Source: an uncultured Candidatus Saccharibacteria bacterium (GTDB taxonomy: Bacteria > Patescibacteriota > Minisyncoccia > Phycocordibacterales > Phycocordibacteraceae). Taken from it: 64,000 nt of DNA. Positions within the stretch are counted from its first letter, which is position 1; each line of letters starts with the position of its first letter. Below are positions 8,523 through 19,227 of this stretch, piece after piece. Position numbers and translations under genes: made by a program. The stretch spans positions 8,074 through 72,073 of the forward strand of contig CAYNNZ010000004.1 of assembly GCA_964398815.1 (NCBI GenBank), written 5' to 3'. The notes beneath the pieces were generated by a model. It was not told where the DNA came from. It did not search any database and saw only the letters and a program-made list of their open reading frames with translations.

Positions 8523-8608
8523 TAGCAAGCCCTCGGGTGTGTATAAAAGAAGACCGCGCCGTGTTACGGGCGCGGTCAGGTAGTTGCTCTACCGAGGGAG
8601 GCAGAGCG

Positions 8609-8998
8609 TTAGGCGGGGGTCGGTTTGCCGAACTGGGTCATCAGGATGCCGATGACCACCGCGGCGACACCGACCTTCTGGGCGAGGGACATGGTGTTCC
8701 ACTCATTCCGGAAGATGATGGCGACGCCGATAGTCGCGACCGTCAGCAGGGCGTCCACGTTGGCGGAGCCGAGCGCGAGGCCCAGTCGGTCAGCCGTGGC
8801 CCCGAAGGTGATGAACACCAGCGGGGCGATGATGAGCATCGGCGCAAGCCAGATGTTCGCCCACTGGGAGCTCCAGTTCCCCGAAGCTGTTTCGGCCCAG
8901 CGGGTCGCGATGACGTTGGCCGCCAGCGCGATGCCGACAGTGACCGCGACATAGAGCCAGGACAGCATAAGGTCCTGGGAGATTCCGAATATACGCAT
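8609..8998 (-). CDS. small 4-TM membrane protein (SMR/DMT-like)
   Basis: 129 aa from MRIFGISQD, with GAGGAGG 6-7 nt upstream. Four hydrophobic segments. A hairpin plus T-tract terminator lies at about 8551-8576 downstream. Confidence 0.5.
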   Translation of the reverse strand: MRIFGISQDLMLSWLYVAVTVGIALAANVIATRWAETASGNWSSQWANIWLAPMLIIAPLVFITFGATADRLGLALGSANVDALLTVATIGVAIIFRNEWNTMSLAQKVGVAAVVIGILMTQFGKPTPA

Positions 8999-9095
8999 GT
9001 GTGCCTCCTCGGCAGCTAGAGCATGTAGCACCTATCGGCTACTATGATATTACTATAGCACACTATGTACTAAAAATCAAGCCCTCGGAAACGGC

Positions 9096-9272
9096 CTAGT
9101 TGAACGATACGTCGCCGGACTCTTCGAGACTCCACCCAATGATGCCGATAACCGTGAACGCATAGCCGAGGCCTGACACGATGCCGGAGATGATGGCTAC
9201 GTGATGGAAGAAAAAGGAGAAAAATCCCGCAATCATGAGGAAGATTCCGAACCGCATGATGGTAAGTGGCAT
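9096..9272 (-). CDS. 58-aa two-TM membrane peptide (below the ORF-track cutoff)
   Basis: Hand translation: MPLTIMRFGIFLMIAGFFSFFFHHVAIISGIVSGLGYAFTVIGIIGWSLEESGDVSFN. TATACT lies 6 nt upstream of the ATG (possible leaderless start). No SD. Confidence 0.3.
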   Translation of the reverse strand: MPLTIMRFGIFLMIAGFFSFFFHHVAIISGIVSGLGYAFTVIGIIGWSLEESGDVSFN

Positions 9273-9294
9273 ATGTCTAGTATATACCGGCCCA

Positions 9295-10851
9295 CTACTC
9301 TTCCGTCAGGTACTGTCGATAATGGTCCTCGGGCTCGATGTCAGACGTGTACGGGTGTAGATATTCGGAGAGTGTTCCAAGCGCAACGCGTATCTTCTTA
9401 TCCTCGAGTACCCATAACTTCCCTGCTATCGCATCGATGAATGCGCGGTCATGCGTGATAGCGAGCACCGTGCCGTCGTATCCCTGTATTGCTTCGACAA
9501 TTGCCTCCCACGTGGGTGGGTCTACATGATTGGTCGGCTCGTCGAGGATGAGGAACTCGGGAGCGAGCGCGAACGTGAGCGCGAGCTTGAATCTCGCCTG
9601 CTGTCCGCCAGAGAGCTGCCAGAGCGGGCGGTCCATAACTGACGGAGCAAGACCATAGCGGCGCAGTGCGCTTCTGCATCTGACTTCGTCCCAGTCGAGC
9701 GTCGACCGCATAACCTCGAGCGCGCTTTGCGTTTCATCAATTCCCTTCAGATGGTCCTGCGTCATTACCTGCCATCGGATATCGTTGCCGATTCGAACCG
9801 TTCCAGAAGAGGGAGTAAGCATTCCCGTGATGAGGGAGAGGAGTGTGGACTTTCCTGAGCCATTCCTGCCAAACACTACTACTTTCTCTCCGAAGCGCAG
9901 TTCGGCATTTGCGTTCTTGAATACTTCTTTCGTTCCATAGGCGAACGAAAGGTCCTTAATTTCGACAAGCAACTTTCCTCCCTTCTGCACGACTGTCGAG
10001 AGCCTGATTTTAGGTTTGTCCGGTTCGGTTCGCGGTGGAGCGTCTGCATGACTCTCTTTCAGTTCCTCGTAGCGACGCTTGGTCTGGCGATAGGTGGCGA
10101 CGCCGCTATCGCTCACCCGAGTTTTCATCTTGAGCATCTCGACGGTCTTCTTTAGGCGTTCCAGTGTTTTGCGTTCCATCTCCCAGTCGCGTCCTGCACC
10201 GGTGAGCACACGGACTTTCTCATCGAGATATTCCTCGTACGTCATGGAGTAGACCGTCAGGTGACCGTTCGCCAGTTCGATGATGGAGTCTGCGAGCGCA
10301 TCAATGAGGTACTGGTCATGTGAAATAAATACGAGACCGCCTCGGTATGCCGAGAGCGCGCGTACGAGCCATTCGATGGTCTGGTAGTCGAGATGGTTTT
10401 CAGGCTCATCGAGCGCAAGAAATGCGGAACCCGTGGCAAGTCCGGCGGCCATTTCTAGTTTCTTAAGTTCCCCGCCAGAGAGGTCTCCGCAGCGCGCACC
10501 TTTGAGACGTTCCTGTGATGCTCCGAGTTCGAATGCGCAGTCAGCCAAAAGCGAAATCGCCTTGCTCACACCGCTCGCAGGCATCCGCGACGCGAGAAAG
10601 TCGTAGGGCGATTGCTCTTCGTCGCCCGAGAAGTCCTGCGGAATATAGACGCATCCAGCATCGAGTCCGAACAATTCCCCCTCATCTGGTTCGAGTTTTC
10701 CGCACAGAATCTTGAGGAGCGTCGATTTGCCTGCACCGTTCTCGCCAACGATTGCCATCTTGGCACCCATGGCAAGCGTGAAAGAAACCCCGGAAAGCGC
10801 CGGAGTCGGTCCGTAGGACTTATGAATATTTTTGAGCGTGATAGTACGCAT
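9295..10851 (-). CDS. ABC-F family ATPase (two tandem ABC domains, no TM domain)
   Basis: 518 aa. Walker A GENGAGKST and GRNGSGKST, signature LSGGELKK and LSGGQQAR, and a charged linker between domains. Confidence 0.9.
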   Translation of the reverse strand: MRTITLKNIHKSYGPTPALSGVSFTLAMGAKMAIVGENGAGKSTLLKILCGKLEPDEGELFGLDAGCVYIPQDFSGDEEQSPYDFLASRMPASGVSKAISLLADCAFELGASQERLKGARCGDLSGGELKKLEMAAGLATGSAFLALDEPENHLDYQTIEWLVRALSAYRGGLVFISHDQYLIDALADSIIELANGHLTVYSMTYEEYLDEKVRVLTGAGRDWEMERKTLERLKKTVEMLKMKTRVSDSGVATYRQTKRRYEELKESHADAPPRTEPDKPKIRLSTVVQKGGKLLVEIKDLSFAYGTKEVFKNANAELRFGEKVVVFGRNGSGKSTLLSLITGMLTPSSGTVRIGNDIRWQVMTQDHLKGIDETQSALEVMRSTLDWDEVRCRSALRRYGLAPSVMDRPLWQLSGGQQARFKLALTFALAPEFLILDEPTNHVDPPTWEAIVEAIQGYDGTVLAITHDRAFIDAIAGKLWVLEDKKIRVALGTLSEYLHPYTSDIEPEDHYRQYLTEE

Positions 10852-10877
10852 GGGTGCGCTGCCGAATGTGCAGCCGA

Positions 10878-12443
10878 CTAGACGGAAAGAAGTTTCAGAA
10901 TCTGCTTGCGGTCGCTTGCCCAGAGGAACGTGCCGAGGCGCGGTCCGGTATCACGACCGATGAGCAACATGTAGACATCCTTGAAGAATGCGCGTTGAAC
11001 TCGCTTCAACTCCGCCTCCTCGATTCCAGCTTCCTTCGGTATGTCATAGACGAGCGTTTCGAGTTCCCCGACCGTATCGCCTGCAGTCTCGAGTGCGCTT
11101 CGTAGTCGCTCGATACGCGCTTTCTGTTCGCTACCGAGCGAGTTCGCATACTGTGTGTCTGCCTGTGTTCGTAGTGCAATAACCTCGTCTGGGTTGTACT
11201 TCACGAGCCAGTTGCGCGCGAGTGGCAGTCTCCGCTCAATACTTTCCGTTGAATAGGAAAGTGACAGTGCTTCGAGTATCGCACCGAGTTTGTCTGCCTG
11301 CCATCCCACAATCTGACCAAACGAGACTGCCTGACGGAATGGAATGGCGTCAGTTGCGCCGCGCTCCGTATCAAACTCATCATATTGGCGATAGATTTCG
11401 GTATTGAATGCTAGTTCGAAAGATTGGTCAGGACTCTTGCGGAAATAGAGCCACTTGAGCAGTTCCGGCTCATAGATATCGAGAAGTTCGAGCGGAGAGA
11501 CTGCATTCCCCTTTGAGCCTGACATTTTTGCGCCGAGCCCCTGGATACCCACGAACTTATACTCGACGAATATCGGTGCGGCGTACTCGTAGATGTCGTG
11601 TGCGACAGTCGAGGCGACATCGTAACTGCCTCCTGGCGACGCGTGGTCATGCCCACCCGGCTCGAAGTGAACTTTCTCGTGGCGCCAACGCATCGGCCAG
11701 TCGATTTTCCACGCGAGCTTTGCGATATGTTCCTCGGCTATGTCGACCGTCTCAGTCTGTTTGGTGTCGACACAGAGATAGGTAACGTTCGTACCATCCA
11801 CCTTCTGGACCTTCGTGATGTCCGTTCCCGTAAAGCGGGAATAAACCGCTATCGGGTAGTACGTCTCGCGATATGCCGCCGGATCGATGCCTTTTTCGCC
11901 CTTCGCCTTATCAGTCATGAACGAGAGCAGGATGTCTGCAATCTCAAGTCTTCGGTCGAGTGCTTCACGTATCGCCGCATCATATGCACCACTCTCATGG
12001 AGCTCGGTCTGATTACGGTATTCGATGTCTATGCCGAGCTTTGCCATCGCTTCCACGAACGGTGCCTGGAAGTGTTCCGCGTAGGAGGCATGCTCACCGC
12101 AGAAGTCCGGAATCTTTGAAAGCGGCTTGCCGATATGTTCGACATAGGATTCCGGAACGCCCGCAGGGACTTTGCGGAAGCGGTCAAAGTTGTCCCAAGA
12201 GAATATGAGGCGTGCGTTTTTACCCTTCTCTACAAGCGCATTGCGTACGAGGTGCGCGGTCACTATGTCGCGGAAGTTACCGAAGTGCACGACGCCCGAT
12301 GGACTGATGCCGGCCGCGCAGGTATAGAGCGACTCGTCGGGATGCTGGCGGATTACCTCATCAGCAACATCGCTCGCCCAATTACTGGTCGATTTCAGCT
12401 TTCCGAGGTCAAATCTATTGGTATAGCCTGCGCTTTCTGCCAT
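10878..12443 (-). CDS. lysK: lysyl-tRNA synthetase, class I
   Basis: 521 aa. GISPSGVVHFGNFRD (HIGH-type), KMSGSKGN (KMSKS), and C-terminal FFKDVYMLLIGRDTGPRLGTFL typical of class I LysRS. Confidence 0.93.
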   Translation of the reverse strand: MAESAGYTNRFDLGKLKSTSNWASDVADEVIRQHPDESLYTCAAGISPSGVVHFGNFRDIVTAHLVRNALVEKGKNARLIFSWDNFDRFRKVPAGVPESYVEHIGKPLSKIPDFCGEHASYAEHFQAPFVEAMAKLGIDIEYRNQTELHESGAYDAAIREALDRRLEIADILLSFMTDKAKGEKGIDPAAYRETYYPIAVYSRFTGTDITKVQKVDGTNVTYLCVDTKQTETVDIAEEHIAKLAWKIDWPMRWRHEKVHFEPGGHDHASPGGSYDVASTVAHDIYEYAAPIFVEYKFVGIQGLGAKMSGSKGNAVSPLELLDIYEPELLKWLYFRKSPDQSFELAFNTEIYRQYDEFDTERGATDAIPFRQAVSFGQIVGWQADKLGAILEALSLSYSTESIERRLPLARNWLVKYNPDEVIALRTQADTQYANSLGSEQKARIERLRSALETAGDTVGELETLVYDIPKEAGIEEAELKRVQRAFFKDVYMLLIGRDTGPRLGTFLWASDRKQILKLLSV

Positions 12444-12592
12444 AAAAAGCAGTATGCCACAGGCACGGGCTGCCTAAAACTCCATCTCCTTTGTTACTTC
12501 CTTCTCTCAAACACTCACCGTGCTCAGAGTACGGCTCGTATTTTCGCTCTGTCGCGTCGCGGATATGAAATTTTTGACAGCCCGTGATGTAG

Positions 12593-13117
12593 TTAGTGAA
12601 CAAAAAGGAGAAGGCCGATAAGTGGTGCAGCAAACCACCAGAAGAAGTACTGGTCGGGAGCGAAGAGCGTATTCATCGGCTCCGGGAACGTATAGATATT
12701 CGTGACATGAAAGACATGGTACGCAAGCGCCATCAGGAACGCAGCCGAAAGGAAGGAAAGCACGATACGAGGAAAGATAGATATCATGCCGATACCTCCT
12801 CCAACAAGCCGCTCGCAAAAGATGAACGCAGGAATACAGCCGATACCGAATATGGCGACACTTATGACTGCCTTTATCATCGGCTCACCACCTGCAGCGA
12901 CAATGTCCTTGGTATACGGGAAGACCAGAAAGAGTCCGTACCCGACATAGAAGGACAGCAGGAGCGAAATGATACTCATTCCCGAACGGGAACGGTAGGT
13001 GACGATAATGAAAAGAAGCGTGAGTCCTGCCAGAATGATGAAATTGCTGGCAATGCTCCAGGAATTGTTCACCACCATGAGGGTGACGTCCGAGACCTGC
13101 TGGGCTATTTGGTCCAT
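12593..13117 (-). CDS. multi-pass membrane protein, unknown function
   Basis: 174 aa with five to six hydrophobic segments. No recognisable motif. Confidence 0.6.
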   Translation of the reverse strand: MDQIAQQVSDVTLMVVNNSWSIASNFIILAGLTLLFIIVTYRSRSGMSIISLLLSFYVGYGLFLVFPYTKDIVAAGGEPMIKAVISVAIFGIGCIPAFIFCERLVGGGIGMISIFPRIVLSFLSAAFLMALAYHVFHVTNIYTFPEPMNTLFAPDQYFFWWFAAPLIGLLLFVH

Positions 13118-13134
13118 ACGGGACAGTATAGCCC

Positions 13135-14967
13135 CTACACTTCTACCGTATCGTTATTGTCCTCCGTCTCGTTTCTTTCCTCTTCTCCACCAAGGAACCC
13201 GCCCGCCTGGATGCTCCACAGTTTGTGATAGAGCCCACGCTGCGCCAGCAGCTCGTCGTGCGTACCCTTAGCGACAATGGCGCCATCTTCCATCACAACA
13301 ATCCGGTCCATTTTCATGATGGTTGAGAGGCGGTGCGCGATGACAATGACCGTCTTGCCCTGCATGAGAGTATCGAGCGCTTCCTGGATGTAGTGCTCGC
13401 TCTCGGAATCGAGCGATGAGGTCGCCTCATCCAAGATAAGGATTGGTGCATTCTTCAGGATTGCGCGCGCAATAGCGACACGCTGACGCTCGCCACCGGA
13501 CAACTTCACTCCGCGCTCACCGACGTAGGTCTGGTACCCATCTTTGAAGGAAGAGATGAATTCATGCGCATGGGCCTGTTTCGCCGCTGCGATAACTTCC
13601 TCGTCAGTCGCATCACGTCTGCCATAGCGAATGTTCTCCATGAGCGTGCGATGGAAAAGTATTGGCTCTTGTGGGACGTAGCCAATTGCCGCACGCAAAC
13701 TTTCCTGCGTCACAGTGCGGATGTTCTGGTCGTCTATCTCGACCGCTCCTGCGTTCACGTCATAGAAACGCAGAAGCAGCTTTGTAACAGTGGACTTACC
13801 CGCACCTGACGGTCCGACAAGCGCGACCTTAAGCCCACCTGGTATCACCATCGAGTAATCACGCATAACCGGACTACCATCATGGAATCCGAAATCAACT
13901 TGGCGGAATGCCACTTCTCCACGAATGACATTGAGCGGCTTCGCGTCAGGCAAATCCTTCACGCCATGCGGCTCTTCGAGAATTTCCACCATCTCGCTTG
14001 CGTCTGCGAGCGCAGAGAAGAACCGGCGCAGGTTCATGTTGATGAACACGAGTCGATCGAAGGTGGTGATGAGATACGCCTGAATGAGAATGAAGTCACC
14101 CACGGTAAGACCTCCCTGCTGCCAGAGGTGTATCGCGAGCCAGAGCACGCTGATTTCCGTCAGCATGAATACGATGCCAAGCGCTGACCATATGACCTCG
14201 TCTGCCGTCCAGGACCGGTTCGTAACCTTTCGCCATTGCTCGACCGCTTTGCGGAACAGCTCGTGCTCATGATGCTGGCCCGAGAAGAGCGTGACGGTTG
14301 TCTGGTTGCTTATCGCGTCAGCAAGCGCGCCAGAGACCTTACTTTCCTCTTCGGACGCAGCAACGCGTAGCGGCTGGCGCCAGCGTGCCAGCTGCACCTG
14401 CAGAATGGTGATGATGACTGCCCATACGAGAAGCGCCATACCCAGCATCGCGTTCCTTTGCCAGAGCACCCATATGGCACCGACAATGAACGTAACTGCA
14501 GGTAAAAACTGAAGGAATACATTGTCTGTAATGGTCTCGAAGGCATCTGCGAGCTTGCGCACGCGCCTCGTAAGCGTCCCCGTGAACTGGTTCGCAAAGA
14601 ACTGCTGCGAGTGCGCCATCAGGTATTCGAATGCCTGAGTGGAGAGGTCCGCCATGATGCGGGTCTCCATCATCATGATTGCGAAATTTCCTATGCGGCG
14701 TGCCACCCACTCGAGCACGTACATGAGTGCGAGGAATCCAAGCACATGGATGAGTCCCGAGACGATTTCAGGTGAGGGAGTTGCCTGCGCAATCGTGTTG
14801 AAGAGCTGACGCAGGAAGAGCGGTGCTGCAAGTTGGGTGAGCTGCAGGCCGATACTTGCGAGAACGACAATGGCAACAAGCCCCAGGTGCTTCCTGAGTG
14901 CTTTTGTATACACCGTCATTACGGAGCGAAAACTCGCCCCCTTCTTTTTGGGAGCCGACATGGCCAT
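13135..14967 (-). CDS. ABC exporter, fused permease/ATPase (MsbA-like type)
   Basis: 610 aa. Six-TM N-domain, Walker A GPSGAGKST, signature LSGGERQR, Walker B ILILDEATS. Confidence 0.9.
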   Translation of the reverse strand: MAMSAPKKKGASFRSVMTVYTKALRKHLGLVAIVVLASIGLQLTQLAAPLFLRQLFNTIAQATPSPEIVSGLIHVLGFLALMYVLEWVARRIGNFAIMMMETRIMADLSTQAFEYLMAHSQQFFANQFTGTLTRRVRKLADAFETITDNVFLQFLPAVTFIVGAIWVLWQRNAMLGMALLVWAVIITILQVQLARWRQPLRVAASEEESKVSGALADAISNQTTVTLFSGQHHEHELFRKAVEQWRKVTNRSWTADEVIWSALGIVFMLTEISVLWLAIHLWQQGGLTVGDFILIQAYLITTFDRLVFINMNLRRFFSALADASEMVEILEEPHGVKDLPDAKPLNVIRGEVAFRQVDFGFHDGSPVMRDYSMVIPGGLKVALVGPSGAGKSTVTKLLLRFYDVNAGAVEIDDQNIRTVTQESLRAAIGYVPQEPILFHRTLMENIRYGRRDATDEEVIAAAKQAHAHEFISSFKDGYQTYVGERGVKLSGGERQRVAIARAILKNAPILILDEATSSLDSESEHYIQEALDTLMQGKTVIVIAHRLSTIMKMDRIVVMEDGAIVAKGTHDELLAQRGLYHKLWSIQAGGFLGGEEERNETEDNNDTVEV

Positions 14968-15004
14968 AAAGTATTTATGTTAGCACGCGCACGTGTTTGG
15001 ATTT

Positions 15005-16078
15005 TTATAATCCCTCAGATTTCAGGTCTTCAATTGCTTTTTTTGCTTTGCCGGAAAGTTTCTTCGGCAGTGTTGTCGTAACACGGATGAGCAGGTCTCC
15101 TGTACCGTGCTCGTAGTGCACTCCCTTGCCGCGTATGCGCAGAATCTCTTCAGTCTTTGACATGGGTGGAACCTTCACTTCAAGTACCTTGTCATCAATA
15201 GTCGTGACCGATACGGAGGTGCCGAGAAGCGCATCGGTAAGCTTCACCGGAAGATCCATAGTGAGATGCGCGCCTTCCTTTCGGAACACGGCATGCGGCT
15301 TCACGTGCACCTTTACATAGAGGTCGCCCGAGACGCCGCCCTTTACCGCCTCTCCCATTCCTGGCATGCGAATCATCTCGCCGCCATCGATTCCGCGCGG
15401 AATGTCGATATTGAGCTCGACTTCGCGTTTAAGGACTCCATGACCTTTGCAGTTCTCACAGACTTCCTTCGGTACCTTGCCGGAGCCTTCGCAGGCAGGA
15501 CAGACCGTCTGCATCTGTATCGCGCCCATGATGGTCTGACGCGTCTCGTGGATGCGGCCGGCACCATTACAGGTCTTGCAAGTCTCGAGCTCGGTGTTCG
15601 GCTTCGCACCGGTGCCCGTACAGACTTCGCACTTGTCTACCTTGCTAATCAGGATAGAACGCTTACCGCCCAATATGGATTCCTTGAACGTCACCTCGAT
15701 GTCTACGGAGATATCACGCCCTCGCTTCATACGCGTTCCGCGGGAGCCGCCAAAGATGTCGCCGAAGCCTTCGAAGATATCACCGAAGTCGAACTCCACT
15801 CCGCCGTTATTGAATCCACTGAACTGTGAAGGATCGAATCCGAACCCGCCAGCAGGACCACCTCCTCCCCCATTGAATGTCTGGCCGTAGGAGTCGTACT
15901 CACGACGCTTCTTCTCGTCGGAAAGCACGGAGTAGGCCTCCGTGATTTCCTTGAAGCGCGCCTCATCGCCACCTTTGTCCGGGTGGTGCTTCTGGGCGAG
16001 TTTGCGGAACGCCTTCTTTATGTCGTCCTGAGTCGCTTTCTTTTCGACTCCGAGCGTTTCGTAGTAGTTCTTAGCCAT
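15005..16078 (-). CDS. dnaJ: chaperone DnaJ
   Basis: J domain KNYYETLGV...HHPDKGG, G-rich linker, four CxxCxGxG zinc motifs. Start taken at MAKNYY (16078). Confidence 0.95.
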   Translation of the reverse strand: MAKNYYETLGVEKKATQDDIKKAFRKLAQKHHPDKGGDEARFKEITEAYSVLSDEKKRREYDSYGQTFNGGGGGPAGGFGFDPSQFSGFNNGGVEFDFGDIFEGFGDIFGGSRGTRMKRGRDISVDIEVTFKESILGGKRSILISKVDKCEVCTGTGAKPNTELETCKTCNGAGRIHETRQTIMGAIQMQTVCPACEGSGKVPKEVCENCKGHGVLKREVELNIDIPRGIDGGEMIRMPGMGEAVKGGVSGDLYVKVHVKPHAVFRKEGAHLTMDLPVKLTDALLGTSVSVTTIDDKVLEVKVPPMSKTEEILRIRGKGVHYEHGTGDLLIRVTTTLPKKLSGKAKKAIEDLKSEGL

Positions 16079-16174
16079 GAGGTGGTCAGTATACCCCAAG
16101 CGATTTTTTGTATCAAAAGAGACGCCGCCCGGATATTCTCCGGGCGGCAGGCCGAACAGGTCGGCGATTGTTGT

Positions 16175-16453
16175 TCAGGCGGTGTGTTCGTAGCCAGCGA
16201 TGGTCCCACGGGCGCCGCGGCGATGCCGCTTCAGGTCGGGGTGCTGCTTTTGCAGGCGACGAGTCGCCTCGTTCACCTCGTCGAGAGTCGGTGCACGAAT
16301 CTCAAAGAGCGTCCTCGGAAACCAGATGCCCCAGAACGAGAGGTTCTGCCGACGATGCCGGATTTTCCGGACCTCCTTGCACACGTCCTGCTGTGAGATG
16401 GTGCCATCCTTGGCGCGGATGACCTCCCACACATCCTCATCGAGCTGCCTCAT
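16175..16453 (-). CDS. hypothetical protein (92 aa)
   Basis: Strong SD AGGGAGGA 8 nt upstream. ATGA start/stop overlap with the upstream ORF. No recognised motif. Confidence 0.5.
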   Translation of the reverse strand: MRQLDEDVWEVIRAKDGTISQQDVCKEVRKIRHRRQNLSFWGIWFPRTLFEIRAPTLDEVNEATRRLQKQHPDLKRHRRGARGTIAGYEHTA

Positions 16454-16773
16454 TGGTCGTCCTCCCTTTTCTTACGGAACCATGAGCGGTTCAGCTTTGC
16501 GGGTTTCTCACCCTCTTGGCTCATGGTTGCGCCCATGAGCACGCGTCCGTCCGCATGCAGAAGTGTCAGCATGAACGGAGTCTGGCAATGTCTGCGGGAT
16601 TGTCCCTCGACCAGCTCGATGGTCTCAACAAAGAACGGCCCGTTCGACTGGTACTTGCGCTTCATGCTTTCGAGAAGTCCCGTATCCTCCTTGCGGGCGG
16701 GCGGGTCCTCGAAGTAGAGCGGTTCGCCGACGACGACGTCGGGAACCGGGTCTGGTTCGATGTCATCGCTCAT
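16450..16773 (-). CDS. hypothetical protein (107 aa)
   Basis: SD AAAGGA about 7 nt upstream. Acidic N-terminus. No recognised motif. Confidence 0.5.
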   Translation of the reverse strand: MSDDIEPDPVPDVVVGEPLYFEDPPARKEDTGLLESMKRKYQSNGPFFVETIELVEGQSRRHCQTPFMLTLLHADGRVLMGATMSQEGEKPAKLNRSWFRKKREDDQ

Positions 16774-16791
16774 AGCGAGTTCCTTTCAGGG

Positions 16792-17154
16792 TTATGCCGG
16801 GACAAAAATCGGCGGGATGAAAACGCGACGACGCTTCTTGGGCGGCATTCGCGGCGCATCAGGCGAAATTCTCCACTCGAGCGCGCTGTGGCTTTCGTCG
16901 GAATATTGGGACTCTGCACGTCCGAGACGACGAAGTCCCTCAAGGGCGCTGTGCACGCGACCGAGCGATACACGGTGCCCACAGTTCCAGAGAACCCCAC
17001 GGATGCGAGGCTCGCTCCACCAGCTGCTGCCGGTGTAGCCGACGGCCGTCTGGATGAAGAATGCAGTCTGGTTGATACGCGCATTCAAGATGCGAGGCAC
17101 CGCAAGCGCGACGGTGATGAGCCCAATGAGGGCCAACAGAGGCAAAATGTTCAT
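16792..17154 (-). CDS. hypothetical protein with N-terminal signal/anchor (120 aa)
   Basis: SD AGGAGG 9 nt upstream. N-terminus is MNILPLLALIGLITVALAV. Confidence 0.45.
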   Translation of the reverse strand: MNILPLLALIGLITVALAVPRILNARINQTAFFIQTAVGYTGSSWWSEPRIRGVLWNCGHRVSLGRVHSALEGLRRLGRAESQYSDESHSALEWRISPDAPRMPPKKRRRVFIPPIFVPA

Positions 17155-17229
17155 GGCTTGTGCCCTCCTGCCCGTGTTATAGCACAGCAGAAAGCAAAAG
17201 CGACCTGGTTTCCCAGGTCGCTTTTGTAG

Positions 17230-19137
17230 TTACCCTGCCTTCGGCTCTTCCGGCGGTTTCTCCGTGAATTCCGCGTCCGTTGCGCCTCCTTCTGGCTGAG
17301 CACCGGCGTCAGGCGCTGCTCCCTGTGCCTGCTGGTCCTTCATCATCGCCTCGCCAATCTTGCTGAGCGATGCACCAAGCGCATCAGATGCCGACTTGAT
17401 AGCATCGAGGTCTTCGCCTTCATGTGCAGTACGAAGCGTTGCGACCTTCTCGTTCACCTCGGTCTTCACGTCATCAGCGACCTTGTCGCCCGCATCCTTG
17501 ACTGCCTTCTCTGCGGTGTAGATAAGCTGCTCAGCGATGTTCTTCGCTTCGACGATATCTTTACGCTTTGCGTCGTCGGATGCATGCGCCTCAGCATCTG
17601 CCTTCATCTTGTCGATGTCAGCCTGCGAGAGTCCGGTCGAGCCCTCGATGCGAATGCTCTGCTCCTTTCCGGTCGTCTTCTCCTTTGCCTTCACGGTGAG
17701 GATGCCGTTAGAGTCCACGTCGAAGGTCACCTCAACCTGCGGCATGCCACGCGGTGCTGGCGGGATGCCATCGAGCATGAAGTTGCCGAGCGACTTGTTG
17801 TCGGCAGACATCGCGCGCTCTCCCTGCGTGACGTGGATTTCCACGCTCGTCTGGTTATCGCTTGCAGTCGAGAACGTCTGCGAGCGCGAGGTAGGAATGG
17901 CAGTGTTACGCTCGATGAGCTTGGTGGCGACACCTCCCATGGTCTCGATAGAAAGAGAAAGAGGAATCACGTCGACGAGGAGAATGTCCTTCACATCACC
18001 TTGGAGGATGCCGGCCTGGATAGCGGCACCGATAGCGACCACTTCGTCCGGATTCACACCCATGTGCGGCTCCTTGCCGAAAAGTTCCTTCACGCGCTGC
18101 TGAATGAGCGGCATGCGCGTCTGACCGCCCACCATGACGATTTCATTGATATCACCCGGCTTCATGCCAGCGGCCTCGAGCGCGCGCTTGGTGATTTCCA
18201 TCGAGCGGTCGATGTATTCGCCTGCGAGGCTCTCGAGCGTCGCGCGGCTGAGCTTAATCAGAAGATGCTGCGGCGTACCGTCCTGACCAACCGTGATGAA
18301 CGGAATGTTCACCTCGGTCTCGCTTGCGGACGAAAGCTCGTGCTTTGCCTTTTCTGCCGCCTCATCCATGCGCTGAAGCGCGAGTGGGTCCTTTGCAATA
18401 TCGAGTCCAGACTCTTTCTTGAACTCATCTGCAATCCACCGGACAATTTTCTGGTCGATGTCGCGACCACCCATGTGGCTGTCACCGTCAGTGGATTTCA
18501 CTTCAATGACGTCGTCGCCCACTTCAAGAATCGAGACGTCGAAGGTACCGCCCCCGAAGTCGTAGACGGCGATTTTCTCATCCTTCTTCTTATTGAATCC
18601 GTATGCGAGCGCTGCGGCCGTCGGCTCGTTGATGATGCGCTTCACATTGAGGCCAGCGACCTCACCTGCTGCCTTGGTCGCTGCGCGCTGCGCATCGTCA
18701 AAGTATGCCGGTACCGTAATGACTGCTTCGGTGATTTTCTCACCGAGCTTTGCTTCCGCGTCGGCCTTCAGCTTGCCGAGAATCATTGCGGACACTTCCT
18801 CAGGACGATAGTCCTTATCACCCAAGTGCACCTGCACGCCACCATCAGCTCCTGCCTTTATCTCGTACGGGACAATGTCCTTGTCCTTCGTAACGACGTC
18901 ATCGCCGAAGCGATGGCCCATGAAGCGCTTGATGCCGTAGATGGTGTTCTTCGGATTCGTTACGGCCTGACGCTTCGCGAGTGTGCCGACAAGACGCTCG
19001 CCGTTCTTCGCGATAGCAACAATGGATGGAGTAGTGCGCTGACCCTCAGCATTCTCGAGAACGCGTGGCTCACCACCCTCCATGATTGCCATGGCGGAAT
19101 TAGTCGTGCCCAAATCGATACCAAGTATCTTTGCCAT
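17230..19137 (-). CDS. dnaK: chaperone DnaK (Hsp70)
   Basis: 635 aa. [29 protein letters not shown]. Confidence 0.97.
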   Translation of the reverse strand: MAKILGIDLGTTNSAMAIMEGGEPRVLENAEGQRTTPSIVAIAKNGERLVGTLAKRQAVTNPKNTIYGIKRFMGHRFGDDVVTKDKDIVPYEIKAGADGGVQVHLGDKDYRPEEVSAMILGKLKADAEAKLGEKITEAVITVPAYFDDAQRAATKAAGEVAGLNVKRIINEPTAAALAYGFNKKKDEKIAVYDFGGGTFDVSILEVGDDVIEVKSTDGDSHMGGRDIDQKIVRWIADEFKKESGLDIAKDPLALQRMDEAAEKAKHELSSASETEVNIPFITVGQDGTPQHLLIKLSRATLESLAGEYIDRSMEITKRALEAAGMKPGDINEIVMVGGQTRMPLIQQRVKELFGKEPHMGVNPDEVVAIGAAIQAGILQGDVKDILLVDVIPLSLSIETMGGVATKLIERNTAIPTSRSQTFSTASDNQTSVEIHVTQGERAMSADNKSLGNFMLDGIPPAPRGMPQVEVTFDVDSNGILTVKAKEKTTGKEQSIRIEGSTGLSQADIDKMKADAEAHASDDAKRKDIVEAKNIAEQLIYTAEKAVKDAGDKVADDVKTEVNEKVATLRTAHEGEDLDAIKSASDALGASLSKIGEAMMKDQQAQGAAPDAGAQPEGGATDAEFTEKPPEEPKAG

Positions 19138-19227
19138 ATCAAATGCTTCTTAGCGGTTAGTAATCGGGCTGCCCAAATGTGCCCTGTTGTCTCTTATTTT
19201 ACGCCTGTTGAATGAAGGCTTCAAGTT

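Noticed and set aside
12444-12592. A possible regulatory RNA (T-box or riboswitch) upstream of lysK, and likewise upstream of the other aaRS genes
   Set aside because: No specifier-loop or T-box consensus, terminator/antiterminator pair or extended helices could be found by eye in these short spacers.
17422-19215. 597-aa plus-strand ORF
   Set aside because: It lies entirely antisense to dnaK, whose Hsp70 motifs are unambiguous. The translation is low-complexity (Leu/Arg/His-rich) with no motif. It is a typical shadow ORF in G+C-rich coding DNA. The same applies to 7698-8504, 53130-53969, 54426-55211, 16516-17229 and 2063-2785 on the plus strand.
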